The notes under the pieces: model-generated
Told to the model about the DNA's origin: nothing
Database searches by the model: none
The model's input: only the letters and a program-made list of their open reading frames with translations
Assembly: GCA_013239625.1 (NCBI GenBank)
Contig: MU053557.1
Location: 6,149,842-6,213,841, forward strand
Direction of reading: 5' to 3'
DNA: 64,000 bases
Origin: Lama guanicoe
Taxonomy: Eukaryota
Part shown: piece by piece, positions 26,269-39,263 of the stretch
How positions within the stretch are numbered: position 1 is the first letter of the stretch
Layout: the number at the start of each line of letters is the position of its first letter
Made by a program: the position numbers and the translations under genes

Positions 26269-26322
26269 CTGCGCATCTTCCCGGGCCCGTTCCCGGTCTT
26301 CTCCTCCCTCCTCACGGTTCCC
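26269..26322 (-). CDS. ANXA6: ANXA6 exon 20 (54 nt; GNREEGGEDRERAREDAQ)
   Basis: Read manually; AG/GT bounded. Confidence 0.96.
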
Positions 26323-26925
26323 CTGTAGCAGGACAAGGAAGAAAGGTCAGCCCCGAAACACTCAACCTCTCTGTCCCTCAGTAACCATAGGACCTTGCTC
26401 AGACACTCACCTCTCTGAACCCTCTCCCTCATCTGTAACAGGGGGACAAGGATCCTGCCTCCATAGGGTAGGCAGTCACGAGCATTAACACGACCTCCAG
26501 GAAGGCATTTAGCCCAAGGCCCGACTCAGACACAGTGAGCTTGCAATAACTGTGTATTAGCGCCCAGCATCTGGGTTGCAGGAATTCAAGATGGTGACAG
26601 AAGCTCCCGGATGATGACACAGGGAAAAGCCACCCACGTGGCTTTGTCCTGTTAGCTGAGGACCAAAAAAGGTCAGGCTGAGGGCTATCACGGAGGGCTG
26701 CCTGGAGAAGGTGACACTAAGCCAGCTTTGAAAAGTGAACAAGGGAAAAGGCGTTGCACGAGGCAATAACTCTCTCAGTGGTGAGATTCTGAGGAGGCAG
26801 GAGGGCAAGACATCCTCTCTTCATCAGAAGTAGACTCCAAACTCCCTGTCCTTCCCTGCAGCAACCCTTCTCCCACTCCCAGGGCCCCAGAGGGCCAGGC
26901 AGGCCCAGGGCCGTGATTCACCCAC

Positions 26926-27005
26926 CGTAGCCAGAGAGATGAGGATCCTCTTAAAGTGGCCTGATGTGTCTGAGCTCAGCGCATCCTCCAGGGACTTGTG
27001 ATAGT
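26926..27005 (-). CDS. ANXA6: ANXA6 exon 19 (80 nt; YHKSLEDALSSDTSGHFKRILISLAT)
   Basis: Read manually; AG/GT bounded. Confidence 0.97.
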
Positions 27006-27780
27006 CTGAGACAGAGAAAGGGGTGTGGGCAGCTGCTGGTCAAGGATGTGGGGAAAGGGGGTCCTAGAAGCTCAGACTTAAGCCAGACCAGTGTTGGCTG
27101 GGGTGGCGGGAACGAAGGAGTTTGTAGTTGGTTCTTGGGGGCACCTAGCCATCTTGCTGTTGGTTTTGATGGTGAGGTGCCCACCGGTCCATCACCTCCC
27201 TGAGCTCCTGTCCCTGCTGAGTCTCACTGCATCTCCCCTTCCCATACAACAACCTCCCTGTCTTCACTCCCTCTCCTACCTTCCTTCCTGCAGGGTAGTT
27301 ACTAGACCCAAGAGCACGGCTCTGATCACGTCACTGCCCTGCTCAGAGATTCTATCATTTTAAAGCGGCTTACAAAGGAAAGAGCTTAAATGTTTCTGAC
27401 TGACACTAAGGTGTTCCAGAATAATACGGGATCCCTCGTTAAAAAAATTACTTAGAATTTCAAGATGGCTATAGCACAGAATGCAACCAGGCATGGGGCT
27501 TGGCCAGCGTGGGCCCTGTGTGACCACACAGGCCGCGCGCCCACGAAGCCGCCCTCCCTCTCCAGCAGCCCAGATGCTCTCTCCCTCACTCCCAGCCAAA
27601 CCCTCATCTACCTCCAGGCCTTTGTCCTGCTGGGACTCTGTCTGAGGCACCCTTACCCCAGATATACACCCAAGGGGCTTATCAAAGCCTCGTGGCCTGG
27701 GAGAAGGGAGAGGGGCAGGGCTGTGGGGTGAGGTCAGGAGCCGGGGGCCCGGCTCTTCTTGCACTGTCCCCAACACTCAC

Positions 27781-27871
27781 CCTCCTTATAGGCCTCGTTG
27801 ATGGCCCGGATTTCTGCATTGGTCCGAGTGGCTAGGATTTCGATGAGAGCCTGTTCGTCTGTGCCGGCTCC
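27781..27871 (-). CDS. ANXA6: ANXA6 exon 18 (91 nt; [30 protein letters not shown])
   Basis: Read manually; AG/GT bounded. Confidence 0.97.
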
Positions 27872-29185
27872 CTAGAAGATCACGGTACAGAGGATGTGAT
27901 CCACAGCCCCGATCCCCGTGCAGAGGCCTGAGGGGCCCAGACCAAGGAGACCCCTGCTCCAAGAAACCGCACAGGTGAAAACTCAGGCCAAGCCTTCCTG
28001 GATTTTCTCTTTACCCTAGACGTGGCCCCCAGACCAGATCTTGGCACAATCAAGGCTGACCATGCCAGCTTGTCAAGATTTCCAGACCCTCCCATGAGAA
28101 ATGCTTTGGAATAAAAATTTTTAAAAGAATATATTGTATATGGATATGCATTTATGAAAATGCATATACATATATGTATCTGAGTATAAACACTTATATA
28201 TATAAATGCATAAAAAGGACAGAGGACACACATCACAAGGTAACAGTGGCTGGGGTCTCTGGGTGGGTGAAGGGTCACGGGTGGTTTCTGTCCCCTTCTT
28301 TGCTTTGAGTGTATTTTCCTGGTGAAAAACGTACTTGTCGGAAGAAACAAAGTTCTGGGCTTTGAGGAAAACAACAAGTGATATTTGTTGGATTTAATGG
28401 ATGCTACGTGGACTGAGGCAGCTTGGGGAACCCATTACTCTAAGGTCCCCACTTTGCGGGAGGGAAGAGAGGCGAACAAGGCCGGTTGACTGATTCATAG
28501 ATTCATGTATCTGTTAAACACCCGTTACATGCCAGTCTCTGCGAGCTGCTGGGTTAACGACTATAAAAAAAGAGTAAGACACATTCTCTGTCCTGGGAGG
28601 TGACTGCCCAGTGTTCAGCGGTCCGGTCCCTATGTTCTCCGATCTGAAGGAGATCTTCAGTGATCTCTTTATTAAAAGCTGGCATGTGGTGAGGACAGCC
28701 TTATCCTCAGTGTCCTGAGACACACGGTCTACCCGATCCTTCTCCTAATTCCATGTTTTTAAGTCATTTACTTTTTTGTGCAGGAACTTTAAAAGGACAA
28801 CAATCTCAATTTGCTTTGCCCAGGGAACGTCTGTTCTCCTCTTAATCCTTTAGGAGCCAAAAGTTCTAGTGGATTCATGTGGTTGTCAACTCAGCCTCTG
28901 GCGTCAGACAGACTTGGTCCAAATTCTAGCTTTGCTACTTTCCAATGCTGTGACTTTGACCAAGAAACTTAAGCCCCAAGGCTCAGTAAAATGGGGACAA
29001 AATAGAAGTCTTGCCTGGTGGCTTAATGAGATAAGTAACTGAGCTAACTAACTCAACCCAGGATAGATGTGGGAGGGGCTCTACCAAGGAGTTACAGCCA
29101 ACCCACCTGGGCTTGGGAGGCACGCCTGCTCCCCCCCCAGCACCTGCACAGTCTGGACCCCACGCCCTTGGTGCCCACACCTTAC

Positions 29186-29299
29186 CTCCATGGCCTTCTT
29201 CAACTGCTTGGCGTCGTAATGGGCTGGTGGCATCATCAGTCCCAGAATCAGCCTCGCCAGGTCTCCGGAGATCTCAGACTTCAGGTCAGCCATCAAGTC
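29186..29299 (-). CDS. ANXA6: ANXA6 exon 17 (114 nt; DLMADLKSEISGDLARLILGLMMPPAHYDAKQLKKAME)
   Basis: AG/GT bounded. Confidence 0.97.
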
Positions 29300-29923
29300 C
29301 TGTAAAGGGCAGAGCCAAAGTCATGCCAACATCAGCACTTGCCCACACATGACCTGGGACAGGGAGAAGTGGAAAGAGGAGGCAGGGTTCCCCGTGGATG
29401 CAGGGATCGTGGGAGCCTGGGTCTGCCCTGGCTGGTGTTGGGCTCACTGTTGAGGAAGCCAAAGCGGGTGGGAAAAACCCAAGCAGGAAGAAGACCCGCT
29501 CTCCTTGGAGGCAGGAGACAGGGAAGCAAAGGGGGAAGGGCCATTTCCACCCTGGGGAAAACTCGCCACAAAAACTAGACAACACTAAGGCACAATAATC
29601 ACTGACACTCAGCCTTGGGGCCTTGAAGCCTCTCTGTGCCAGGGGAACTGTGAGCTGCCGAAAGTGCTGTGTGAAAACAACTCATCCGGGATCTCAGCCC
29701 CAAGCGGAGCCAGTCACACAGCTGCTGCTGATCACAAGGAACGTGGGGGGAGGAGATGGGTGTACAGGCAGCCCAAATCCAGCGCTGGACACACTCCAGG
29801 AACACGGGGCCACAGGAAGTCCCACTGCCATAAAGGCGCAGGCGCAGAACTGGCTGTGACAGGCCGAGCCCCCCAGAGGAGGAGCATGGATGCAGGGCCG
29901 GCGGTCCAGGCGGAGGTCCTTAC

Positions 29924-30018
29924 CCGGCCGAAGTGAGACTTGAAGGCCTGCCGGATCTGCTGCCGCTGGGCGTTGCTGCGGTGCGTGATGATGTTGATGA
30001 TGGTGTCCTCGTCAGTCC
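29924..30018 (-). CDS. ANXA6: ANXA6 exon 16 (95 nt; TDEDTIINIITHRSNAQRQQIRQAFKSHFGR)
   Basis: AG/GT bounded. Confidence 0.97.
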
Positions 30019-30822
30019 CTGAGACCCCAAAGCCACAGCTCAGAGGAAGGCCTAGGCCCAGCTTCCCCATCTCCCCCAGGAATGGGCCCCATCCATCCTT
30101 TGTCAGGGGAGAGACCGGGCTAGGCAGCCTTGTCCCCAAGCCCCTGCAGGAGCCTTGCTTCTGGCCCAAGCCACTAACTTCCCCTGGATTCCTTTCTGTA
30201 CTTCCTTCTGTCATGTCACAGGTTGAGAAAAAAGACCCCTGGGGGAGCAGAGACAACTTGGTTGAGTGTCAGGGCCTCTGAGTTCTAGTCCTGGCTCTGA
30301 AAATGGCTGTCCCCTTGGGCAAGCCCCCTCCTCTTTCTGGGACTCGATTTCCACACCTGTATCGTGAAGAGCTGGGGGGTTATTAAGGCATTCTTCCAAC
30401 CCGACAACCTAAGTCCCCCTGGGAACCCTATGTCCTTTCTCTGCAACTCCTGGACAGCCCCTCTAACCACAGCAGGTTGACTCCGGAAGGCACTCCCTGC
30501 CCCTCAGGCTAATGCTGTCAGCTTCAGACCTGGCACAGGACTCGATGTGTCAAGAGCATTTTTAGCCCTGTCACCTTACAGTCCCAGATGTGCTTGGTAG
30601 ATATTATTATTCCCATGAGACAAATGAAAATGAGGCCTGGAAGGTAAAGGACTTGACCCAAGGCCCCCTGGGAGGTGCTGTTAGACAGAGCGGGGAGCGG
30701 GAAGCGGGGAGAGCAATGGAAGTCAAACCCCAGATGCTCTGTCCCCGCTGGCCTTCCTGAGGACAGCCATCCACCCACAGGTGGGTCTTCTCACCAGGGA
30801 CAAATAGAGGCCTGGAAGTGGG

Positions 30823-30840
30823 TGACCAGCAGGGGGCGCT
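30823..30840 (+). promoter_or_regulatory. CTCF motif TGACCAGCAGGGGGCGCT
   Basis: Near-perfect match to the CTCF core consensus. Confidence 0.6.
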
Positions 30841-31270
30841 CCCACCGCCCCCGAGAATTTGAGATCTTAAGATTCAGGGTCCACATTCCTTATTTCATGC
30901 ATGGGGATACTGAGACCCAGGTGAGTTAAGGGACTTGCCCAAAGTCACACAGTGAGTCAGCAGCAAAGCCCAAGCAAAACCCCAGGCCTTATCAGCCAGT
31001 CTTTCCTCTACACCAGGACAATGCTCTTGAGAGCCTGGGAGCACACTGGTCTCCAGGAAGGGCTGGTGCCAACTTCCTTACAAACCCCCTCACTCCCCTC
31101 CTCCTACACTCAGGGAGTTGGAGGCTCCAGGAGGGTGGAGACTCAAGGCAAATAAAAGTCCTCGTCATCCTGCAGACCCCAGTCTGAGGCCTCAGCTCTT
31201 GCCCCTGTCGGGCCCACTGCCAGAGCTGCTGCCCCACAGGCCAGCCCGGCCCCTTTCATGGGCCCCTTAC

Positions 31271-31352
31271 CAAGCCCCTTCATGGCCTTCCGCAATGCTT
31301 TGGCATCTGCATCGGGGTTGAAGTCCCTGGCTGGGTGCACGGTTCCTTTCAG
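31271..31352 (-). CDS. ANXA6: ANXA6 exon 15 (82 nt; LKGTVHPARDFNPDADAKALRKAMKGL)
   Basis: AG/GT bounded. Confidence 0.97.
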
Positions 31353-32919
31353 CTGCAAGAAGCAGAAGATGACTCAGCAAGTGTCTGGGGGCCCCCCAGG
31401 GGGCCAGGCCAAGAGAGGAGCATGCGAGGGAGAAGGGGCTGTCCCCATGAGCCCCAAACCAAGCAGCTTGGGGGGAAAGAGGCGGGGGTGAAGGCACAGC
31501 AGACAGACCCCTGCCTAGAGCTGAGAGAGAGAAAGAGAGAGAGAGAGCCACGGGCCCAGGCCTGGGAGCAAGGCAAGCATTGTCAAGGGAAGAGTGGCCG
31601 GGCTCCTGCCCCAGGAGTCAGCTCTCACCTGGCTCCACTGGCTCCCAGCCCCTCAGACCCCTGCCCTGTCCCCAAGGCCCTCCTGCCTCTCAAAGAAACA
31701 CTCTCCCTGAAAAGGCAACTGAAATGTTCTCAAATACCAGAACAGAGCTGCCCAAATTTCAGTCACTCCTGAATGATCTTCATAAAGTTTTCCATATTGT
31801 GTGCACTTTATGCTGTTTTCTAATATTTTAACTTGATTCAGCTAATTCAACTTTTTTTCTATTTTACTTGAATGCATTCATTTTGAAGTGCATTTGAATA
31901 CTCCGAAAGGGCAAGGAGTTTTGTCCTGTTCTTTGATATTTCCCAAGTGCCCACAGCAGTGCCCGACACGGGAGTAAGCACTCAAAAAATATTTATTCAA
32001 TGAATTAATGAATGAAAACAACTTTCTTTCACTATCATGAATAGAAAGTTGGTGGCATGCACCATAACAGACAATAATCCATGAAAATAAATGTCATAAA
32101 ACCAAAAAAAAAAACCCCATATTTTAAAATATCATCAAATTTAACAGACACCACTGCTAGCCAGAAGCTCTAAACTTGAAGCTAGCTCTCTCAGCTCTTT
32201 GTGAAACAGGAAAACCAGCGACTGTGGCAGGGATGTGGCACCAAACTAAGCCTCCTTCTTTGACATAAGCAGCAAGGTTGATGGAACCCCCGAGGAGTAG
32301 CTTTCTCTCTGTGTGAGGTTCAGTGTTACCTAATGCCATGGATGTCCCCCCGCCAAAAACTCAATTCATTTCTCATATGATTTAAGATGGTCTGCAATGA
32401 CAGCCCTTGCCTTGTGATTTGGGAAGCGCTGTCCTAGAGCATCCTGGAGGCCATCCAGGCTGGCACGTCTAACTCCCTCAGTTTAGAGCTGGAGTCTGGC
32501 CAAAGGCGGCACAGCGAGTCAGTGACACAGCCCGAGGTACCGGACATTTTTGTAGGGGCCAAGTACTATTCGTCCCTGGACTGATTTGCCCTGAGTACGT
32601 CTGTGAAACTTTCATTCTTGCCCTTTGTGGACCCTGGGCCTGAGGCTGGTCAGGGGGACCCAGAATCCTCCAGTGCACCCAGAGGTGCCCATCTGTTCTC
32701 AGCTTCCATGCCTCCAAACCCAGGATGGGATGGGCCCCTGCAAAGAACCAACCCAGGTCTCCATTCAGCAAGGCCTGTTAGTAGTTAGTGGGCCAGAACC
32801 CTTCCCAGCGTGTTAGAGGTTAATGCAGAATCGGATGCCGACACCAGAGTGCCCGCCCACCCATCCATCACTCCACGGAGAACAGGAAGCTTCAAGACGA
32901 GAGACTCAGTGTCTCAGGT

Positions 32920-32937
32920 TGGCCACCAGGGGGCAGC
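32920..32937 (+). promoter_or_regulatory. CTCF motif TGGCCACCAGGGGGCAGC
   Basis: Near-perfect match to the CTCF core consensus. Confidence 0.6.
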
Positions 32938-33026
32938 TGGGTGCCAACCAGAGCAGCAGCAAGGTGCGAGCAGAAGAGTGGAAGCTTGTAGTCAAGAGGT
33001 CAAGCAGGAGGTGGGGAGGGTCTGAC

Positions 33027-33105
33027 CTCTACTCGGGCCACTGCACTAAGCTCCCACATCTGATAGGCCACCTGCGCTGCCTCCGGGAAGAACTGGCCAG
33101 CAGCA
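33027..33105 (-). CDS. ANXA6: ANXA6 exon 14 (79 nt; linker AAGQFFPEAAQVAYQMWELSAVARVE)
   Basis: AG/GT bounded; ANXA6-specific inter-lobe linker. Confidence 0.96.
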
Positions 33106-34428
33106 CTGGAATGGAGGGGTTACGGAGAGGACAGGAGGGAAGGTCATCGTGGGCCACGCCACACCAACACACACCCACATACGCACACACACCAACACAC
33201 ACTTGACGTAAATCCATCTGGCTTTATCTTCTCTCCAGCTTGAGCCTCCCCCATTCACCAGAGCCCTCCCTCCATTTCCGAGGAACGCCCACCCTCTGCA
33301 ATGCTGGCTCTGGCCAGCGGTCTTCCTGACCCCAGGTCCCACGCAGGAGAGGATTTCTCCAATCCTTCCACCTCCCCTTTCTTCCTTACGATTTGAGCGA
33401 CTTCCATCCCAGTCTCCCCTCTCAAACATGCCCAAGACCAGCTTATGGCCATGCTGTCTCCCCTTGTCTTCCTGCAAAGCACCTGGGTGTTTTAGTCCCT
33501 AGGGAACTCTCTGCTGAGCTGAGTCAGCCCCAGGCACCTACCAAAGGCAAACAGGAGGCTCTCCTATCTCCTACTTCACTGGATCCTTACAAGCCTCAGA
33601 GAAGGGAAATCAGGGTACCTGAAATTCCCTTCCTAGCACACACACCTGGTCAAGTCATACCCCAATTTAATGCCCCAATGGCTCTCTGCTGCACTTAGGC
33701 GAGGTTCATATGCCAGGAAGGGGCCCCAGGCCCTGTACCTCTTGGCCTCGTCTCTCCCTGCACGCTACAAAAGTGTGACCTCAGTCACGTGCATGAGCCA
33801 GGCTGTGCCTTTTCATCTCTAGGCCTTCTTTGCAGCCCAAACTCTCCCTCCAGGCCCCGCCTTCACCTCCTCCTCGCCTCAGCCTCATTATCTTTGGGAG
33901 CCTCCCCCGAGTCTGGCATAGCGCACCTGCGTGTGCTTTCAGAGGCACGTGTACCTTCCCTGGTTACAGGGCTGCCCCGTATGCACGCCCTGGTCTGTGC
34001 GCCTTTCTAGACTGCGGGCTTCATCATGACTTCCCCACAACACCTGCACTCGGGGAGCACTTCATACAGGCAGGCTGAATAAACGAGTAGCCAGAGCAGC
34101 CATCTGTATTTTATCCATTTACCGGGTGAGAAAAAGTGAGAAGCAGCTATGCAGTAAGTAGCAGGGCTTAGACCCTCATATTCTGATTCCTGGTCCACAC
34201 CCCCGGACTGATTTCCAAATTCACAAGAGCAGGCGTCTCCACATAAGGGAGACCATACTCCCGCTCACATACACGCACACTCACACTTTCACCTGCGCTG
34301 CTCCTGCCTCTGAGGAACCCCCAAGCCCATCCAGTCCATCCACCCATTCAGCAGGATGAGACCAGGAGAATCCGGCCCCGCTACACCTGAGGCCACTCCC
34401 CACCCCCCAGGGCCAAGCGGCCACTTAC

Positions 34429-34487
34429 TCATCGTCTCCCCCACACAGCTTCAGCAGAGCCTTCTTGTACTCGCCAGAGGTGTCATT
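34429..34487 (-). CDS. ANXA6: ANXA6 exon 13 (59 nt; NDTSGEYKKALLKLCGGDD)
   Basis: AG/GT bounded, end of the first annexin core. Confidence 0.97.
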
Positions 34488-35617
34488 CTGGGGAGACAGA
34501 GAGAGAGAAAGGTTACCACGTCTCGCCCAGCGCCGAGATTCTCAGACAAGGAGGGAAGGCTCTGAATAGCCCCAAATAGGGGGGAGGCTGACCATGTATT
34601 CACAGCAGCCCTGACTCTCCCCTTGTCTAGAGGTGACTGAGACCAAACAGTGGTGTGCCGGTAACTATTTAACAACTGGCTCTTTGGGAATAAAAGGAAG
34701 AAAGAGAGAGAGAAAGAAGAAAAGCAAGCCAGCCAACAGCCTGGATTTGTAGCACCTGCCAATCTCCATGGTGTAAAACTTTCAATGGACAATTCCAAGC
34801 TACCAACATCTCACTGAATGTGGAATTAAGAAGAGATGCTTTCCCAAGCCAGTGCGAGCTGGCCCCAGCACACCCCTGCCACCAGATAATCCCCAGCCCA
34901 GTCCTCCGAAGGGAAACAGTCCATGAAAACAGGGCTCTATGACCAAAAACCTGATAAATGCCAAAACCAAGCAAGCAAATGTGCATTTCACAGACGTGCC
35001 GCATTCTCTGTCCCTCTTGGAGCTTTGTAATGGACATGACCTAGTCGAGGCTATGAGAAGTTCTGAGCTGAAGAAACTGACTTATCGTTGCTTATTCTAG
35101 TTCTTTCCAAGCACTTTCCCATGGGACATTTTTGCTTGTAATGCCTATAAAACTCCTCTTTAGAAACACACTTTGGGGAGCACAGCGGGAACTCAGAAAG
35201 CGTTATCCCAGTCACCCAAAACAAGGAGCAACAACGCAGCTCTACGTCTGTCTCTGACCAAGCCGCATCGGCTGGAGCGCCCAGAGTCATCGCCCAGCCC
35301 AGGGCCAACGGGTCCCAAGCGGACCCTCCTTTGTGGTCTTCAATGCCTCCCGCTGCCTCCGGGAGACTGAACTCTCACTGCCCTAGGGATGGAGTGCTTA
35401 GTGCTCGTCATGACCCAGCCCTGCCTTCCTCTCAAGAGGCGCCTCCTGTCTTACCAGGACCCTGGACCCTCGCTTCTCTGTTGAGTTGCCTTAAATTCCC
35501 TGAAGGTGCCACAGGCAGGGGCTCCTGGAATTCCCAAGAGACTCCCAGCATTCCAGGCCAGCGCCTTCTCTCCTGGAAGGTTCCCCAGCCCTCTCTGCAC
35601 CCCCGTGAGCGCCTCAC

Positions 35618-35740
35618 CTTGATCATGCTGTACAGGGACTTCTCATACTTGGTCCGGAAGATCTCCCGGATGTCCAGCATGTCCAGCTCACTGCGGGAGA
35701 CCATGATGCGGATCAGAGTGTTGTCCCGGGTCCCCAGGCC
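35618..35740 (-). CDS. ANXA6: ANXA6 exon 12 (123 nt; [41 protein letters not shown])
   Basis: AG/GT bounded, repeat 4. Confidence 0.97.
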
Positions 35741-36755
35741 CTGGAAGACAAGCAGGTTTGCGGGACAGGGAGTTGAGAGGAGGCTGGAATACTGACAGTC
35801 CCCAGCTCAGTTGCAAATACAATTTTTGTAATAAAATGTTAAAGCTAAGAACAAAAGAGGCAGAGCGTTGCCAAACCCTCTGAAGCTCCCTGTGGGGCCC
35901 TCCCGCTCTCATCTCCTTCCTCCCCGCTCAAGTCATTCCCATCCTTGACTTCCTTTATAATTTTACCTAACTTTGTAACTCTAAGCAATATATCGTTTAG
36001 ATTTGCACATTTTGGAACTTTGTAAATATACCACAATGCATTTATTTTTCTATGCTACTCCTGAAGGATGTTGGGTTGTTTCTAGTTTTTTCATAATATG
36101 GACAATGGTGCTAGGAATGTTCCTTTGAACACATCATACAGACATCTCTACAGGGACGATGTCCAGCGCACACTGGCACTGGAAGACAGGGAGTGGGTTA
36201 CATGCAGTCCGCTCGACTTTGTGGGATGGCCACGCAGGGACTTCGGGCCTACGACCTCTGGCAGCAAAGAACTGCATTCGTTTACCCTGGGGTGCTCTGA
36301 AACATCATGAGTTCCTGGGTGTCGTGTGTGTCGAGCCCTGGGAAGCACTCGACACCCAGAGTGGAATCACTGGGTCCCAGGGATGAACATCACGAATCTT
36401 AGCAGACAACGCTAATAATTTTTTACTTACTTACGTACACTATATATAAACATGCTGGTTAATTAGTATTTTTTAAGTGCATGGGCTTCCAACCCACCTG
36501 GCTGGCTGTCACTGCACGCTCTGATCAACCATGAGGTCAGGGCAGGTATCTGGGTGGGAAGGTGTGTGACCAGGCAGCCTCCCAGGCTCTCGAGCTCACC
36601 AGAGACAAAGTCCCCTCACCCTGTCCTGTGGCCAATCCCTTGAGGGCTCCTTTTGGCTAATGGACCCCAAGAATTTGCCAAAGAGTCCCGGCAGGCCTGT
36701 GGGGGTGGGCCGGGCCCCCTCCCCCCACCTCATTCACATCAACCCCACCACGCAC

Positions 36756-36814
36756 CTTCATGGCCTTGAACAGCCTTTCAGCAAAGTACTCGGGGGTGCT
36801 CCGGATGCACTTCA
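36756..36814 (-). CDS. ANXA6: ANXA6 exon 11 (59 nt; KCIRSTPEYFAERLFKAMK)
   Basis: AG/GT bounded. Confidence 0.97.
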
Positions 36815-37762
36815 CTGAAAACAGGGAGGAAGACGTAGTTACTCCGGCTGCCTCGGAAGGACGACAGGGTGGCCTGAACCCTTCTTTGTTCCCATTCCTT
36901 GGGGGCCACCGAGTTCAAACCCGGCAAGAATCTTAATTCCTGATAACCCGCAGGCCAGAGCACCCCAGACCCACCCACTTTTTTCCTTAAATATTTATTT
37001 CCTTTAAAAAAATAAGCAGAATAACTAAAAGGAAAACAAGGAATTTCTTTGTAATTATGCATTAATTTAATCATCCTTAAATGTGGCTTCTAAAGCTATC
37101 TTCATTATCTACCGTTTCAGCTATAAGAGCCTTTTTCCTTAAGTCCCTGAATGATTCTCTATAAGATCCTATTATTCAATCTATCCTTATTTATTTCCGG
37201 TACTTTCCCGTTCCTTCTCCTCCTCCAGAGCAAATTTAGTTGCTATTTTTTTCAGACCCACCCACTTTAATCACAAACCCAGCGGCTAGATAAATCAGAA
37301 AGGGGGCCTATTGTAATGCAGCAGGGCGCTGCAAAGACCCACTTCATCTTCCTAGACCTTTAGGGTTTCACAGGGAACTGGGCCCAGGAAGCATCTGGGG
37401 TGGGGCTGGGAAAGCTGTTTCTCTAGATTCTGCTCCGACAGAAAGACACTGGCTGAACCTCTGGATCCTGCTGGCAGAGCAGGCCAGGACCTGGCTACTT
37501 GAAATAGTCTTGGTGGGGGACAGTTCTGGGCTTGAAGATGAGGGCTGGGCCACAGCTCTCCCCTCAAAGCACAGACACACAGTCTACCCCCAGGTTCAGA
37601 CATACTGACTCCTGGAATGTCTGGCTTGAGGGCAAACAATCTGGTTTTCCCCCTCCCATCCCCCTACCATGCAATCCCCCTTTACCCATTCTCAGCCCCT
37701 TATTCCTGGGCCAGAATCCCTGAATCCCTCGAAGGCCCTGGGAATGCAACGTCGGGACGTAC

Positions 37763-37858
37763 CCACAGCCAGCATCAGCTTCTCAAAGTCCCCGGACAGC
37801 TCCCCTCGGATGCTGGCTTCGATCGGCTTCCCTGTGGTCTTCAGATACTCATCAAACA
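37763..37858 (-). CDS. ANXA6: ANXA6 exon 10 (96 nt; FDEYLKTTGKPIEASIRGELSGDFEKLMLAV)
   Basis: AG/GT bounded. Confidence 0.97.
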
Positions 37859-38282
37859 CTGGGCCAGACAGAGAGACAGGGGTGTTGAGATGCCCTCGTA
37901 ACACTGGAAGGAACGGGGACTGCAGAAGGGGAGGCACAGTGGCCAGGAACGGAGTGCCACCCGGAAGGCAGGGTTGGCACCTAGGAGGTGGCAGGGAGGC
38001 CGTGCGCGTCACAGCCACTGCGCAGTCATGCTGCGCCTGCCGAGGGGCTGTGTGTGCCTCCCACTCCAACGTGAAGACGGGACCGGTGCTGAGATGGAAG
38101 GGCCGAACACCCTGTGAGTGCCTCCACTCAGGGACTAAACAAACCCCTGCCTTATAACATCAGGACCAGTGCTTGGGTTGAAGACGAAGCAGCTATCACG
38201 CTTCATTAGCAGAAAAGGAAAAGAGAGAGGAATGCTTGGCCCAACCCCAGGGGGGCAGCTATAGGTCTTCTCTGGAGCTTAC

Positions 38283-38376
38283 CCAACCGAAGATGCTGCT
38301 TGCTGCGATTTCCCAAAATGTAAATGAACTGGGCTTCATCTGTTCCCCATTTCAGTTCCCCTGCCTCGTACAGGTC
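38283..38376 (-). CDS. ANXA6: ANXA6 exon 9 (94 nt; DLYEAGELKWGTDEAQFIYILGNRSKQHLRL)
   Basis: Read manually; AG/GT bounded, repeat-3 KWGTDE motif. Confidence 0.97.
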
Positions 38377-39206
38377 CTGAAGGGGAAGAAGTGGGACTTA
38401 ACTAGAAGAGGAAACCTCAGGAGACAGAACTCACAGGCCCAGCCATTCCCAACTGCTGCCGGTTCCCTGAACATGCCAGTAACTGGTAGCCTCAGGACCT
38501 TTGCATACACCTTTATTGCCTTCTCCCTTTCTGTCTGGGGAAACTCCTATTCAACCTTTAGTGCCTTGATTAAATGTCCCATTTGTTCTCAGAGCACTTC
38601 CTGATGCCCCTAGGCAGAGTTCTCTTTCCCTCCCTCCCTCTTCTAGGCTTCTACAGCTTTCTATTTCTTTATGGCTTTGATCCACTGTGTATTATAGTGT
38701 TTCTATGCTTGGCTCCCCACTATATTCCCCCAAACAACAGGAATTATGTCTTACATTCTCTGTATCTACTCCTGCCATGTTACTGGCACATAGTGGGGGC
38801 TCAACACACCTGGAAGGTATGGTATATCCACAGAGAAGGCATTTGTGTGATTAATATATGCCTATTTCTCCCAGTACCGTCTTTGCTCAATAGTAATTCC
38901 CCAATGCTCGGCAGAGTGCCCAGCACAAAGTCATTGTTCAATAAATATTCACTAACTGAATGATTTAATGAACAAATGACAAAAGCTCCAAAATACATCT
39001 CATCAATTTTACATATGTCGTGTACCTTTGAAAGATAATGTAAGCCCCTTCTCCAACAAAGCACCGTATAAATGATGGCCGTGAGTCAGTTATTTCTGGT
39101 ACCTGATGAGAACTACTTCGCCTCCAGCCCTTCCCCAGACACCCAACCTCTCCCCTCTCTCAGGGCTCCCTTGCTGTGCCTCGGGACCTCCATCGTGCTT
39201 GTTTAC

Positions 39207-39263
39207 CTGGACGTCCTGTTGCACTAAGTCCTCGCTCACTACATCGTCTTCCTCCCTGGTTCC
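39207..39263 (-). CDS. ANXA6: ANXA6 exon 8 (57 nt; GTREEDDVVSEDLVQQDVQ)
   Basis: Read manually from the minus strand; AG/GT bounded. Confidence 0.96.
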
